DNA of 64,000 nucleotides from Candidatus Bathyarchaeota archaeon. Lineage in GTDB: Archaea; Thermoproteota; Bathyarchaeia; Bathyarchaeales; Bathycorpusculaceae. The stretch spans positions 96,001-160,000 of the forward strand of contig CAVZJV010000014.1 in the NCBI GenBank assembly GCA_963775685.1, in the 5' to 3' direction. A program made the position numbers and the translations under genes. Of the stretch, positions 54,461-64,000 are shown in pieces (position 1 is the first letter of the stretch; each line of letters begins with the position of its first letter). The notes beneath the pieces are model-generated. The model made no database searches and was not told the origin of the DNA. It saw nothing but the letters and a program-made list of their open reading frames with translations.

Positions 54461-55198
54461 TTATTTCCTTCTCTTAGAGAGAATAAGTACTGCAACAATA
54501 CTTATCAAAACGACGACAATTCCGACTGTTGTGATAGGCAACTCTGGAACATAAGGTGAAGGATTTATCGTTGAACCGAAAATGTTAGTCTCAATAACAG
54601 TGTAAGAAATTGTTGTTATAACAGGTTGAGGTTGTGCTTGAGTTGTTGTTTGAGTGTTTGATTCTAGTAACATTCCTGAAGCTGTGTCATAAACGTAAGT
54701 TAGAGTAGTGTTATAATCTGGCGTGGAGAGTGAAGCATCAAGAATGTTCACTGTTCGGCTAACCCCCACGTAAGTTCGGGTCTCAGTTCTATTGACGACA
54801 TAAGTGTTAGGCGGCGGTACCGGGTCTCCTTGGTTCAAGTTGGCAGCTATAATTGGACCTTGTGTACTTGGAACACCGTTTTCATTTCCCGTTTCAATGT
54901 TCCAAACTGATACGGTGCCATTTCCAGCGATAGCTGTTCCGTTCTTGAATTGACTCGTCGAAAGCAAGGTAACCTCCTTTCCAGAGACATCCGTAACCTG
55001 GAGTTTTAGCCAGTCATAATCGTTGAAAGACTCAACTCCTTGACCTACCCCAACAAAATTACTATATTTTACATATTGACCTGTCTCAACGCCTGGATTG
55101 TACGTTACAGCTAAAACAGGAAGTACGAACGCTGCCAAAAGGGCAGCAGATAAAAGAGTTGTTAAGAATTTTAGTTTTGACAAAATAATAATCTCCAA
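54461..55198 (-). CDS. Secreted protein with PEF-CTERM-like C-terminal sorting signal
   Basis: Signal peptide; YDTASGMLLE; VPEL + TM + KRRK. Confidence 0.75.
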   Translation of the reverse strand: MEIIILSKLKFLTTLLSAALLAAFVLPVLAVTYNPGVETGQYVKYSNFVGVGQGVESFNDYDWLKLQVTDVSGKEVTLLSTSQFKNGTAIAGNGTVSVWNIETGNENGVPSTQGPIIAANLNQGDPVPPPNTYVVNRTETRTYVGVSRTVNILDASLSTPDYNTTLTYVYDTASGMLLESNTQTTTQAQPQPVITTISYTVIETNIFGSTINPSPYVPELPITTVGIVVVLISIVAVLILSKRRK

Positions 55199-55397
55199 TT
55201 ATACGTTATTTGCTTTAGTTTTAAACCGTTCTCTTTGCTACACAATGAGGACAAAATGTTGCTGGCTGCTGAAAGAGAGTTCCACAGTATTTGCAAGGAA
55301 TCATCACAACATCACGAACAACTTTTCGAGTGACTTCCCTTCTATCACTACATGATCCGCAACCACATCCAAAACCAAACGAAAACATCTTTTTCTC

Positions 55398-55775
55398 CTA
55401 AGTGAAGGTTTTTGACATTTCTTGTCGTTGACTGAGCTGTTCTATTAATACCTCTTGAACCATATCGCAGGCTTGGCTGATCTTTGGGCAGGCAACTCGA
55501 TAGTATACAGTAGAGCCTTCTTTTCTTGTTTTAACTACTTGTCTGCATCTCATTATTGCTAAGTGTTGGGAACCGCTGGATTGGCCTGCGCCAAGTTTTT
55601 CGGTGAGTTGATTTACAGTTTTCTCACCACCTTTTAAGGAATGAATGATAGCAATTCTTAGCGGGTGCGCTATTGTTTTTGAAATTTCTGCCTGTAATTC
55701 GTATATTGACATGTCAAAAGTAGGTTTCGGCATTTCGGTTCCCTGCTTAGTTGAATATTCGGACATGGTTTTCAC
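55398..55775 (-). CDS. ArsR/SmtB-family transcriptional regulator
   Basis: KTIAHPLRIAII...SQHLAIMR...RKEGSTVYY. Confidence 0.9.
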   Translation of the reverse strand: MKTMSEYSTKQGTEMPKPTFDMSIYELQAEISKTIAHPLRIAIIHSLKGGEKTVNQLTEKLGAGQSSGSQHLAIMRCRQVVKTRKEGSTVYYRVACPKISQACDMVQEVLIEQLSQRQEMSKTFT

Positions 55776-55838
55776 CTATTAGGGTTTTCTATTATTCTAA
55801 ATTGGAGATTTACAAAAAAGAAAGGGATTGAGTTTTTC

Positions 55839-56669
55839 TCAGCTTATCTGCAGTTCTTGGACGAACGTTCCGTGCCAGGTGTGGACCCAGATTTGTCCGG
55901 TGTAGCCGTTGACGCTTAGCATGCCATAGGTTGTTCCGCCATTAAGCACTTCGATAGTATAGTAGCCGTAGAATGTAGTTACGTCGCCTGTCGTTGTGCC
56001 GCTTATGTAGGTGTTTAGGTATTGCTGTGCATTAGTAGTTGCTTGCGTCGAAGTCACTGTCATGGTTGTGGTTGGGGTTCCATAGATTCCGCTCAAGATT
56101 CCGCCGCGCATCATGCCGTATTTGGTGTTCCACATCATGTTAGGTCCCATCTCTGGGTAGATGCTGCCCGTGTACTTGTTGATTAAGAGTTCAAAGGCGC
56201 CATTGCCATTCTTCTCGTTAACTTGGACGTAGAAGTTCGCTGAGTATTCTTCAACTTGCTTAACTGCTACGTTAGGGTTGCCTATCGAGGACACATAGTT
56301 TTGTGCTATTGTTACTGCATTGGTAATGGTTAGGGGTGTTCCAGTATTTGCGTAGGGTGCTGTGTATCCATAACCCCCCATCATTCCGCCAAAGCCTTGG
56401 CCGTTGCCTAATTGACTCATCATCCCGCCTCCGAACATCATCGGGTAAACTGGCTGATAGTACTGGGTTGAAGGTGTTGTTGGGATAGTTGCTCCTGTTG
56501 AGTAAGGTGGATTGTTGTTTCCATATCCGTAGCCATAGCCTCCTCCCATCATTCCTCCGTAGCCTCCGTAACCGCCCCCCATCATGGCCGCGGCAAACGC
56601 GGATGAAGCTAACAATGCAGACACTATGGCTGCAACGCTGACGAATGTTAATATTTTCCAGTTTTTCAT
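55839..56669 (-). CDS. Secreted Gly/Met/Tyr-rich protein with two PepSY-like domains
   Basis: Signal peptide; repeated GMMGG; ELLINKYTGSI and MLSVNGYTGQIW; PEMGPNMMWNTKYGMM. Confidence 0.8.
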   Translation of the reverse strand: MKNWKILTFVSVAAIVSALLASSAFAAAMMGGGYGGYGGMMGGGYGYGYGNNNPPYSTGATIPTTPSTQYYQPVYPMMFGGGMMSQLGNGQGFGGMMGGYGYTAPYANTGTPLTITNAVTIAQNYVSSIGNPNVAVKQVEEYSANFYVQVNEKNGNGAFELLINKYTGSIYPEMGPNMMWNTKYGMMRGGILSGIYGTPTTTMTVTSTQATTNAQQYLNTYISGTTTGDVTTFYGYYTIEVLNGGTTYGMLSVNGYTGQIWVHTWHGTFVQELQIS

Positions 56670-56728
56670 TTCATTTCACTTTTTTTCTTTTACTGATATT
56701 ATGGTGTTCGAATGATATGATAGTTGGC

Positions 56729-56761
56729 TGAAACAGTCGTGAAACAGTTTTGAAACGCTTT
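56729..56761. promoter_or_regulatory. Three direct TGAAAC repeats at 11-bp spacing upstream of the Met/Gly-rich gene
   Basis: TGAAACagtcg TGAAACagttt TGAAACgcttt at 56729, 56740 and 56751. Confidence 0.5.
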
Positions 56762-57225
56762 TGGAAGGCTGAGTTAAAGTCCTTCTTAGTTTCGGGTTCA
56801 ACCTTAAACAATCACACATATTCTAATATTCTAATGTGATGTATGGCGGGCTTATGGGTCTTTCTCACATAGTTCCAAAATACCATGGAAAACTCTCCTT
56901 GCGAAGTCAAGGTTTCATGTGCAAACACCCAGTAAGGATAGCCCTTTCTAATGGTGTATTAGAGAAATAGATAAAGAAATTAAAAACAAAAAGTCAAGAA
57001 GCGAATATGCTTTGTCACTGAAGGGCAAAACAGAACTGCGGTTAGATGAAAGAAACATCCTAAAATTCTTAGAAACAGCAACCGAAGAAGAACTGGCAAA
57101 GTCTCTTGATCTGGTATCGCTCAATTGCCCTTTTGGATTAAAATTTTAATAAAACCCCAATTGTGGAAGAGCAACTTTATTAAAAAGAGATTTTTCAAGA
57201 AATGAGAATTTCTTTGAGGTATTTT

Positions 57226-57402
57226 TTAGAGAGGTATTGGGTCGCAGAGGTTTTCTGCTTTTGCGGCTACACGTCCACAGTGTTTGCACAAATACTTGGC
57301 ATCTTTCACTAAGGCTTTGTACTCTTCGAGGGTTGTTGTTTTATTGGAAACTTTAAAGCATAGATGTTTTTCGTGACCTGGATGTTTTTCATAAAACGCC
57401 AT
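57226..57402 (-). CDS. Small Cys/His-rich (Zn-binding-like) protein, 58 aa; not in the ORF track
   Basis: MAFYEKHPGHEKHLCFKVSNKTTTLEEYKALVKDAKYLCKHCGRVAAKAENLCDPIPL; GGTGGTGA RBS; TTTAAA box upstream. Confidence 0.8.
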   Translation of the reverse strand: MAFYEKHPGHEKHLCFKVSNKTTTLEEYKALVKDAKYLCKHCGRVAAKAENLCDPIPL

Positions 57403-57875
57403 TGTAATTCACCACCTTCAAAAGGTCTTTAAGCTAATTCTATTGGTCAAGTTTAAAAACTTTTTCTGGATTTATACTTGGGTCCTGACTTTTTAGAAAC
57501 AGCAGAAATCATTTTTTACGAACTACTTACAAAAAAGTGACCTGGTCCGTTAATCCATAGTTGCTTTGAAGCTGGGTCCTTTTCTTAATAATGCACGTTT
57601 TTTCACCAAAGACTCAGCCCCAGGTTCGGGGATGGGCCCAGTTAAGACTTAGCCTATTTTAATTTCGAATGCCGCAAGTTAGGTCAAAGCACATGAGACA
57701 TGTGTATGAATGTTTATAAGCTTAAATACTTATACTTATAAGTATGTAGGTACATATGTGTTAGTGTAAATAAGCAAGCCAACGTGAACTGAACATAACA
57801 AAAAATAAAAACAAGACACGAAAAACATCGACACGCTTATTACAAAAACACGAAAGAACAAAAAAGTGACTGAAA

Positions 57876-58019
57876 TTGGGTCGTATCAACGTTGATATTT
57901 CAGACGAATTAGAAAAAAAGCTAAGACTGAAAACGGTAGAAAAATTCGGAGGCAAAAAAGGCGACTTATCCCGAGCAGTTCAAGAAGCTGTAAAAACATG
58001 GGTCGACAAAAATCAATAG
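57876..58019 (+). CDS. CopG/ribbon-helix-helix DNA-binding protein, 47 aa; not in the ORF track
   Basis: MGRINVDISDELEKKLRLKTVEKFGGKKGDLSRAVQEAVKTWVDKNQ. Confidence 0.8.
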   Translation: MGRINVDISDELEKKLRLKTVEKFGGKKGDLSRAVQEAVKTWVDKNQ

Positions 58020-58501
58020 AGAATTAAGTCGCCCCTCCTTAACCCCTAATAACTAAATTATTAAGAATGCCCTGGCAATAGGCGCAGGGAGCCAGTTAGC
58101 CTGAGTACGCATAAAAATATGTTTATGGGCAATCTAACTGAGCCTCCCTTTTAGAATAGTTATACCAAGCATATAGTGGTGCTTTTAATCGATTTACGAT
58201 GGGCAAGAAAAGTTTAAGCCAAAATCCTTGCGAAACAAAAAAGTTTGTGATTAATAAGGTGGAAATTATGGTAAACAAAAAAGCAGGAAAATTAGAAATT
58301 GTATTTATTGATAATGGAGGAAAATGATACCCTCTCGATGAAGTTGACTGTGAAGATTTAGCCGAAGGTTTAGAAAAGCTTTCCTAAGAAGTCGCCAATC
58401 GACTTCAACTATTAAAAGAACAAAGGTAGGCGCTTTCTGGTTTTCAGTGTCTTTGAAGCTTAAATATCTCTTAGCCCTATCCTGTTAGTGGAGAATATTT
58501 T

Positions 58502-58810
58502 ATGGCCAGTTTTAATGTGTCTTTACCTGCAAATTGGGAAGAATTTGTAAAAGGTTTAGCTTACGACCATAACATCGACGTTAGTAAGGTCGTTGGTGGA
58601 TTGTGCGACTGGGTTTTTTCTAGCCCCGAATACAAAATGCAGTTTGAAGTTTGGCTGGGTACGGTTTATCCGCCGAAAGGTCAAGCCGAAGATAAAGCAA
58701 TTGCTAAAGGAGAACAAGCAAGCATGCGAGAAGAGGACCAGCAAGATGAAGCTGAAGAAGAAGCCCACGAGGAACGAGACTATAGTGAAGACAGAGATCT
58801 TAAGCCTTAA
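58502..58810 (+). CDS. Hypothetical protein with RHH-like N-terminus and acidic tail
   Basis: FNVSLPANWEEFVKGLA...VSKVVGGLCDW; GGAG RBS. Confidence 0.65.
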   Translation: MASFNVSLPANWEEFVKGLAYDHNIDVSKVVGGLCDWVFSSPEYKMQFEVWLGTVYPPKGQAEDKAIAKGEQASMREEDQQDEAEEEAHEERDYSEDRDLKP

Positions 58811-58997
58811 CAGGCAAAAGTCAACAAATGCAATATTCCTTAACAACTTTTTTCTTTTAGAAACTGGAAACTGAGCTGAAAGAAGCAAAGAAAGAACGAG
58901 AATGCAAAGGCCGACAAAATAGCATTCTGCTAGAGAAATGATAAAGTAATAAGATGCCTTCGCCTTAGAAATATACAACTCACAATGGAGTAATTTT

Positions 58998-59294
58998 ATG
59001 CCTACAACAATTGGTTTAATATTCAGAAAAATTGTCAAAGACTTGAAGGCCAAAGACGAAAATCCAAATAGTTACCTAAATAATCCAAACAGCGACTTGT
59101 ACAATGCCAACTATGACATCAACAATCCATGTAGCGACATCAACAACCAAAATAGCGGAATCAACAATTCATCAAATAATAAATTCAACAAGGAACTGCG
59201 AAGAAACGCTTTGAGAGAGCTCATTTATATGTATCTGTCAAATTATCTGTCAAAAGAACAAGCGGAAAAACTTGTTGCAGAGTATATTTCATGA
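58998..59294 (+). CDS. Hypothetical protein with Asn-rich heptad repeats
   Basis: LNNPNSD/LYNANYD/INNPCSD/INNQNSG/INNSSNN; GGAG RBS. Confidence 0.6.
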   Translation: MPTTIGLIFRKIVKDLKAKDENPNSYLNNPNSDLYNANYDINNPCSDINNQNSGINNSSNNKFNKELRRNALRELIYMYLSNYLSKEQAEKLVAEYIS

Positions 59295-59415
59295 CTCCTT
59301 TATGGTTTTAAGTCTTCAATAACTCAATGCGCTTTTGGGTACTTTCGAAACTGAAGTAATTGAGAAATACCTGCTTTAGTTTGAAGAATAAAAGCAAGAC
59401 AAAAAAAGCATAAAA

Positions 59416-59889
59416 TCAAAGCCCTAATGCTTTTGCTCGTTGCTCTATCTCCTGCATTGTTCTCGATTGTTCCCCACAATTTTTTAAACTATTTTCTAAT
59501 ATTTTTTTATCCACGGGGTAGAGGGTTCTAATTATTTCGTCTTGAAGAGGCAACCATTTATCAAGTTTGACTCCAAATTTTGCTTCAATATAACGTCTTT
59601 CTTTTGGAAAAATTTCTTCGTGCCCTTCCGGTGTATTCAATCTATAGACTTCGTGGAAAACAAGTTCGTAGAATGCCATTCTATCTTGGCATCTTGTTAA
59701 GTGGATAATTTGGTTAGACCAGTTATCACCCCAAGCATATCCGCCAGTAGGATACTTGAATTCTTTTTTCCACTCGGGACTTAGAGGTTCAAAAACCTCA
59801 AACGTAACAGGTTTATGTTTAAAATACCTCTTTTTAATATGCTCAGTTACTTCAACAATAATCTTATTCTCTGTATTGTTTGGTTCCAA
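59416..59889 (-). CDS. Hypothetical protein (degenerate metallopeptidase-like HE motif)
   Basis: ELVFHEVYRL...GH; GGAGGG RBS-like site. Confidence 0.55.
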   Translation of the reverse strand: MEPNNTENKIIVEVTEHIKKRYFKHKPVTFEVFEPLSPEWKKEFKYPTGGYAWGDNWSNQIIHLTRCQDRMAFYELVFHEVYRLNTPEGHEEIFPKERRYIEAKFGVKLDKWLPLQDEIIRTLYPVDKKILENSLKNCGEQSRTMQEIEQRAKALGL

Positions 59890-60027
59890 AATTGTTCCCT
59901 TCCTTAGTTTATCTATTAAACATTTTTTAAGCCGCTTAATCTTTTATTTGCTTATCTATATTTGCCATCTCTTAGCGAACGCTCAAAGGAAACTCAAGTC
60001 TATTTTCTTACCTTATTAGAAGCGCGT

Positions 60028-60261
60028 TTACTTGTAGATTTTTTGCCTGTCAATAGTTTCTTTTGGGACTTTGATTTTTCCTAAACTACCATTGTGTGCG
60101 CTCAGCTCAAATTTCAACGTATTTTCCATGTAAAAGTCTCTAAATTGATTTCCACATTTTTTGCACTTATACATCTTGACTCGGAATCGCCCAAAGTTCC
60201 ATTCTTTATCAGGTCCTTGCGTATGTGTCGTGCAATTTGGACATTTCGGCATGACTTTCAA
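60028..60261 (-). CDS. Zn-ribbon protein
   Basis: CPNC...YKCKKCG. Confidence 0.75.
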   Translation of the reverse strand: MKVMPKCPNCTTHTQGPDKEWNFGRFRVKMYKCKKCGNQFRDFYMENTLKFELSAHNGSLGKIKVPKETIDRQKIYK

Positions 60262-60645
60262 CCACTAGACTAAAGGAAAAAGGCGAATATATATTCATTC
60301 AAGCGCTAGTCCTAAGTCACAATTTAAAAGTTCGAATATTCTGCGAATCAAAAAAGAAAGTTCCAAGTAACAATGGAGGCTGCATTTTTGGAAAGTTTTT
60401 ATTTTTTTCCAATCAAAATCAGCAAAGGCTCCCCCCGTTACCATAGTCGGCTCAACCTTGGAGGATGCCTATCTTAAACTCGTGAGGCAGATCAAATGAG
60501 ACTCAAAAGATCATCGATCATAATTTAAACATAGGTATCCAGTCGCTCAATCTGCTATGCGATTTTGAAAGATGGATAGTTTAATTGCTTACACAAGATC
60601 TGAGAATTATTAAGGCTTTAAGTGTTGTAACGTTTTAATTCTACA

Positions 60646-61536
60646 ATGAAAAAGCGTGTGCAGACAATTTTGTTCTTCCTTTGGCTTGACCTGAAGAGAA
60701 TTATGTTCAGAACAAAATTTTACGCAGAAGTTGATATAACGGACAATTGTAACCTTAGATGCAAACATTGTTATCATTTTAACGGTAAAGAAGACCTTAA
60801 AACACAAGAGCTGCATATTTCTGTTTGGAAAGAAAGATTTACCGAGCTATACAAATCTGGAATTAGAGCGGTCTTGTTGGTGGGCGGTGAACCAGCACTC
60901 AGGATGGACATTTTGATGCTCGCTGATAAAATATTCCCACTAGTCTACGTTATAACAAATGGAACAATTAGAATACCTGAAAAATTTAATCACAGATTAT
61001 TTGTTTCTTTAGATGGGTTACCAAAAACAAACGACGCAATCCGAGGGTATGACGTTTTTTCTAAAGTTATGAAAAACTATTTGGAAGATAAACGCGTAAT
61101 TATTAATATGACTCTTACAAAAAGCAACTATAATGAACTGGAAGATATCACACGAATTGCGGAAAAAAAAGGGTTTGAAGGTATAGTTTGCAATATTTGT
61201 GCGGGTGGAACCGATCACGGTTCATCCATGGTTATAAGTAAAAATGAAAGAGGCGCCCTGATAGAAGAAATGAAGAGAGTCAAGGCATTATCCCCTAAGT
61301 GTTTTCTAATGACAGATGCGATGATAAAATGGTATGAATTTCCGGATCATCGAGACTTCTGTCCATGGGGCGATGGGGCTCTTCATTTAGACGTCTCATG
61401 GAACAAAAGAAGATGCTTCGGGAATAATCCCGACTGTTCAAACTGCGGTTGTCTTGCAGGATCTTTTCAATCTCCCCTAAAAATGATGTGGAGTCTTAGA
61501 AAAATGATGCAGATAGCGTATGTCCATGGGAATTAG
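60646..61536 (+). CDS. Radical SAM protein with a C-terminal Cys cluster (SPASM/twitch-like)
   Basis: CNLRCKHC, GGEP, ITNG, VSLDG; CPWG...CFGNNPDCSNCGC. Confidence 0.92.
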   Translation: MKKRVQTILFFLWLDLKRIMFRTKFYAEVDITDNCNLRCKHCYHFNGKEDLKTQELHISVWKERFTELYKSGIRAVLLVGGEPALRMDILMLADKIFPLVYVITNGTIRIPEKFNHRLFVSLDGLPKTNDAIRGYDVFSKVMKNYLEDKRVIINMTLTKSNYNELEDITRIAEKKGFEGIVCNICAGGTDHGSSMVISKNERGALIEEMKRVKALSPKCFLMTDAMIKWYEFPDHRDFCPWGDGALHLDVSWNKRRCFGNNPDCSNCGCLAGSFQSPLKMMWSLRKMMQIAYVHGN

Positions 61537-62350
61537 GCGCGGTTGAATAGAAAAAGGGAATTGAATCGCTAATTAATTTTGTTAAAGGTAATGAGAATTT
61601 TTGATCCTGGGCATCTACTCAGTTGCAATTTGTCGAGCCAAAGACGTTCGGGAAGGATGCAGATTTATCTCTTCTGCTGAGCAGTTTTCTAAGACTTTAC
61701 AGCCTTAGGTTACAATTCTAAAGAAAGAAAATTGCTTGGACTTGAACATGTTCAGGTATGCAACGTGGTGGGCCTATCAAAGTCATAGGAATTAGGAAAC
61801 ACACTAGACTTTCAAGCTTTAGTTAGGGACACAGCTCTTTTGGAGTAAGCCTTGTCCTCTCAATCTTGGAGTCTTTTTTTAGTAAATTTGGGTTAAATAC
61901 CTATTAACTCAAGAAAAGCCACACAACCAATAACCAACGGGTTTGTCACATAGCCGCAGTGCTGGGCGTGGTCAAACAAGACAAAGACCTCGTAGTCTTG
62001 CTAAGACCTAATGAAAATCGTTTCAAAAGACATCTTGGAAACATGAAAGAAAAATGCAAGTGGCTTCCAAGTCCAGACTCAAACTGTCTCCAAAAAGAAT
62101 AGTCGGCTTAATTCCGAACTAAGCGTTGACCGTTCATTTCTCTTTTGTAAATAGCTACTTCTTAAACTATCGGTGCCCTGAATCTTTGAGGAAAACGGAC
62201 GAGTAATACTTAGTTCTCTTCAGTTTCTTATGAGCTCTCCTTGAACATGTATTAAAAATCAATAGATTTACTTCATATGACTAATCCTGAGTATATTTAA
62301 ACGATAAAACTGAAAAAATGTTAACAAATTAAAAAGGCGAAAAGACTAAG

Positions 62351-63815
62351 ATGACTGACAAATCTCATGACGAAAACAATTCAGGGCTCGAAAAACAAAT
62401 AGAACAGATGCAGAAAGAAAAAGAGCTGCTCAAAACAGAGAATAACAGAATGGCCAACAAATGAAGTACCTCAATGGCATCCCCTCTCCAGTCATGGCTA
62501 TTGACGAAAGCTTTTGCGTCACTTACATGAACGAAGCCGGAGCAAAACTTCTTGGGGAAACAACCGAATCAGTTGTCGGAAAGAAATGCTATAGCTTAGT
62601 CAAGACTTCCGACTGTCGAACCGAAAAATGCGCTTGCGATGCAGCAATGAAAACCAAAAGAGCAGAGACCTCTACGACAGTTGCCCATCCTGGAGATTGG
62701 GAAATACCTATCCGATACGTAGGTCGACCACTTTTTGACGATAACAGCAAAGTAATTGGTGCACTCGAAATTGTAACCGACATAACCCAGATAAAAGACA
62801 TCATAGCCAAAGCTACCGCAACCTCCAAAAAGTCATGACACAATCGCAGATGAAGTTCGAAGCAAATGTCTCAAAGTGGAAGAAATGGGCAAACAGCAGC
62901 AGAAGTCGCCGTTCAAATGTCAACTGGGCATGAATCAAGTCAGCGCCACTTCTCAGCAAGTGTCAACTGGATCTCAAAAACTCGCAGAACTAGCGCAAAC
63001 TACTGCCAGACAAGCAGAAACTTTAAAGAAAATCATGGATGAAGCAGGAACTATTGCCAAAGAAACTTCAGCAACGGCTGACGAAGCGTCACAAAGAGCT
63101 ATGGATGCCAACGTAAAGGGTCAAAAAGGAATTGCTGCCATAAACAGCATTAAGAACGATGTAACTAAGGTCGCTGAAGCAGTAAGCAGCATGGTTGGCG
63201 CAATCGACAAAGGTTGGAGAACTCGCTACTTCCGTTAAACTGATATTGCTAGTCAGACAAACATGTTAGCCTTGAACGCCACTATTGAGGCAGCTAGGGC
63301 AGGCGAGGCGGGGCGAGGTTTTGCAGTAGTTGCTGATGCCGTTAAAGGTCTAGCGGGGCAGTCCAAAGAAGCAGCAGGCGGAGCAATTACTTTTGTAAAG
63401 GGGATTAAAGATTCGGGAACGGAAACCAGCAATATAACGGAGCAATCTAAGAGAGGTGCTGAAGACAGCTCAATCGTGGTTCAAGGCGCAATCCAAGAGA
63501 CAGAAGGAATATCCAAGATTATGGATAATACAACTGAAAAGGTCCGCAAACTTACAAAAAACTTTGAAGAAGGGATTCAAATGCTCGAAGTTTCAGAGGT
63601 TAAAGCAATTGAAGAAGTTTCCAGTATCGCAGAGGGCAGCTCATCAGCCTCAGAAGAAACAAGCTCAGTAATTGAAGAACAAACCGCTTCCTCACAGGCG
63701 TTGACGGAAATCGCCAAAAATGTCCAAGTTGCAGCGGCAGAAGTTGCAAAAGAAGCTGAGAAAACGAAAAAAGAAGCGGAATCGTTGATCCAACAAACTA
63801 ATAGCCAACAGCTAA
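62351..63815 (+). CDS. Soluble methyl-accepting chemotaxis protein with PAS domain; several frameshifts
   Basis: N-terminal coiled coil; PAS ([11 protein letters not shown]...GKKCY...DIT); [34 protein letters not shown] hairpin; no TM segment. The ends are inferred after frame correction. Confidence 0.88.
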
Positions 63816-64000
63816 AGAGTAGGAATCTGAAACATTCTTGGAAAAGACTCTCTTTTCCTTTTGGGTTTTTTTTTTACCTTATCGTTAATCCTTGGCTCAC
63901 TACAATTAATCTGGTTACTCAAAAGATGATGCGGCAAAATTTTCTTCGTAGGGTATTGATAGTTCTCATCGAATGAACAAGCACCATCGGACCTGTTTTG

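Noticed and set aside
58268-58387. Short ORF with in-frame TGA (possible recoding)
   Set aside because: 39 codons, no redox motif or SECIS-like support; more likely a decayed gene.
63816-63976. Hydrophobic C-terminal extension of the MCP ORF as a membrane anchor
   Set aside because: It runs through a T-rich terminator-like region; probably read-through from a frameshift before the stop at about 63815.

Overview
Archaeal chromosomal window, most consistent with Bathyarchaeia (TACK). The evidence is an fwdDBAC operon, a crenarchaeal-type SSB, intron-containing archaeal tRNAs, class III-signal pilins, GGTG/GAGG-type RBSs and oligo-T terminators; the lineage call is inference. At least ten otherwise intact genes are split by single-base indels, which points to long-read consensus error rather than real pseudogenisation. 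Main contents in order: a secreted papain-family protease; a small graveyard of CcdA-like gene and tRNA-3'-end remnants around a USP gene; a hairpin-rich intergenic stretch; a formylmethanofuran dehydrogenase/Moco cluster; SSB; malic enzyme; a TrmB regulator; a complete type IV pilus-like locus (major pilin, five minor pilin-like genes, ATPase, TadC-like platform, beta-propeller surface protein); a REC-6xPAS histidine kinase; an orphan pilin; tRNA-Tyr(GTA) with two introns; pfkA; a GT4 glycosyltransferase; and tRNA-Ala(CGC) followed by an integrase remnant. After the integrase comes an accessory-looking region with a His-less B12-binding protein, a CinA-like protein, a probable eL22 homologue, an ArsR/Met-Gly-rich secreted protein module, small RHH and Zn proteins, a radical SAM enzyme and a soluble PAS chemoreceptor. 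No CRISPR array or rRNA was seen. All calls come from reading motifs by eye, not from database searches.
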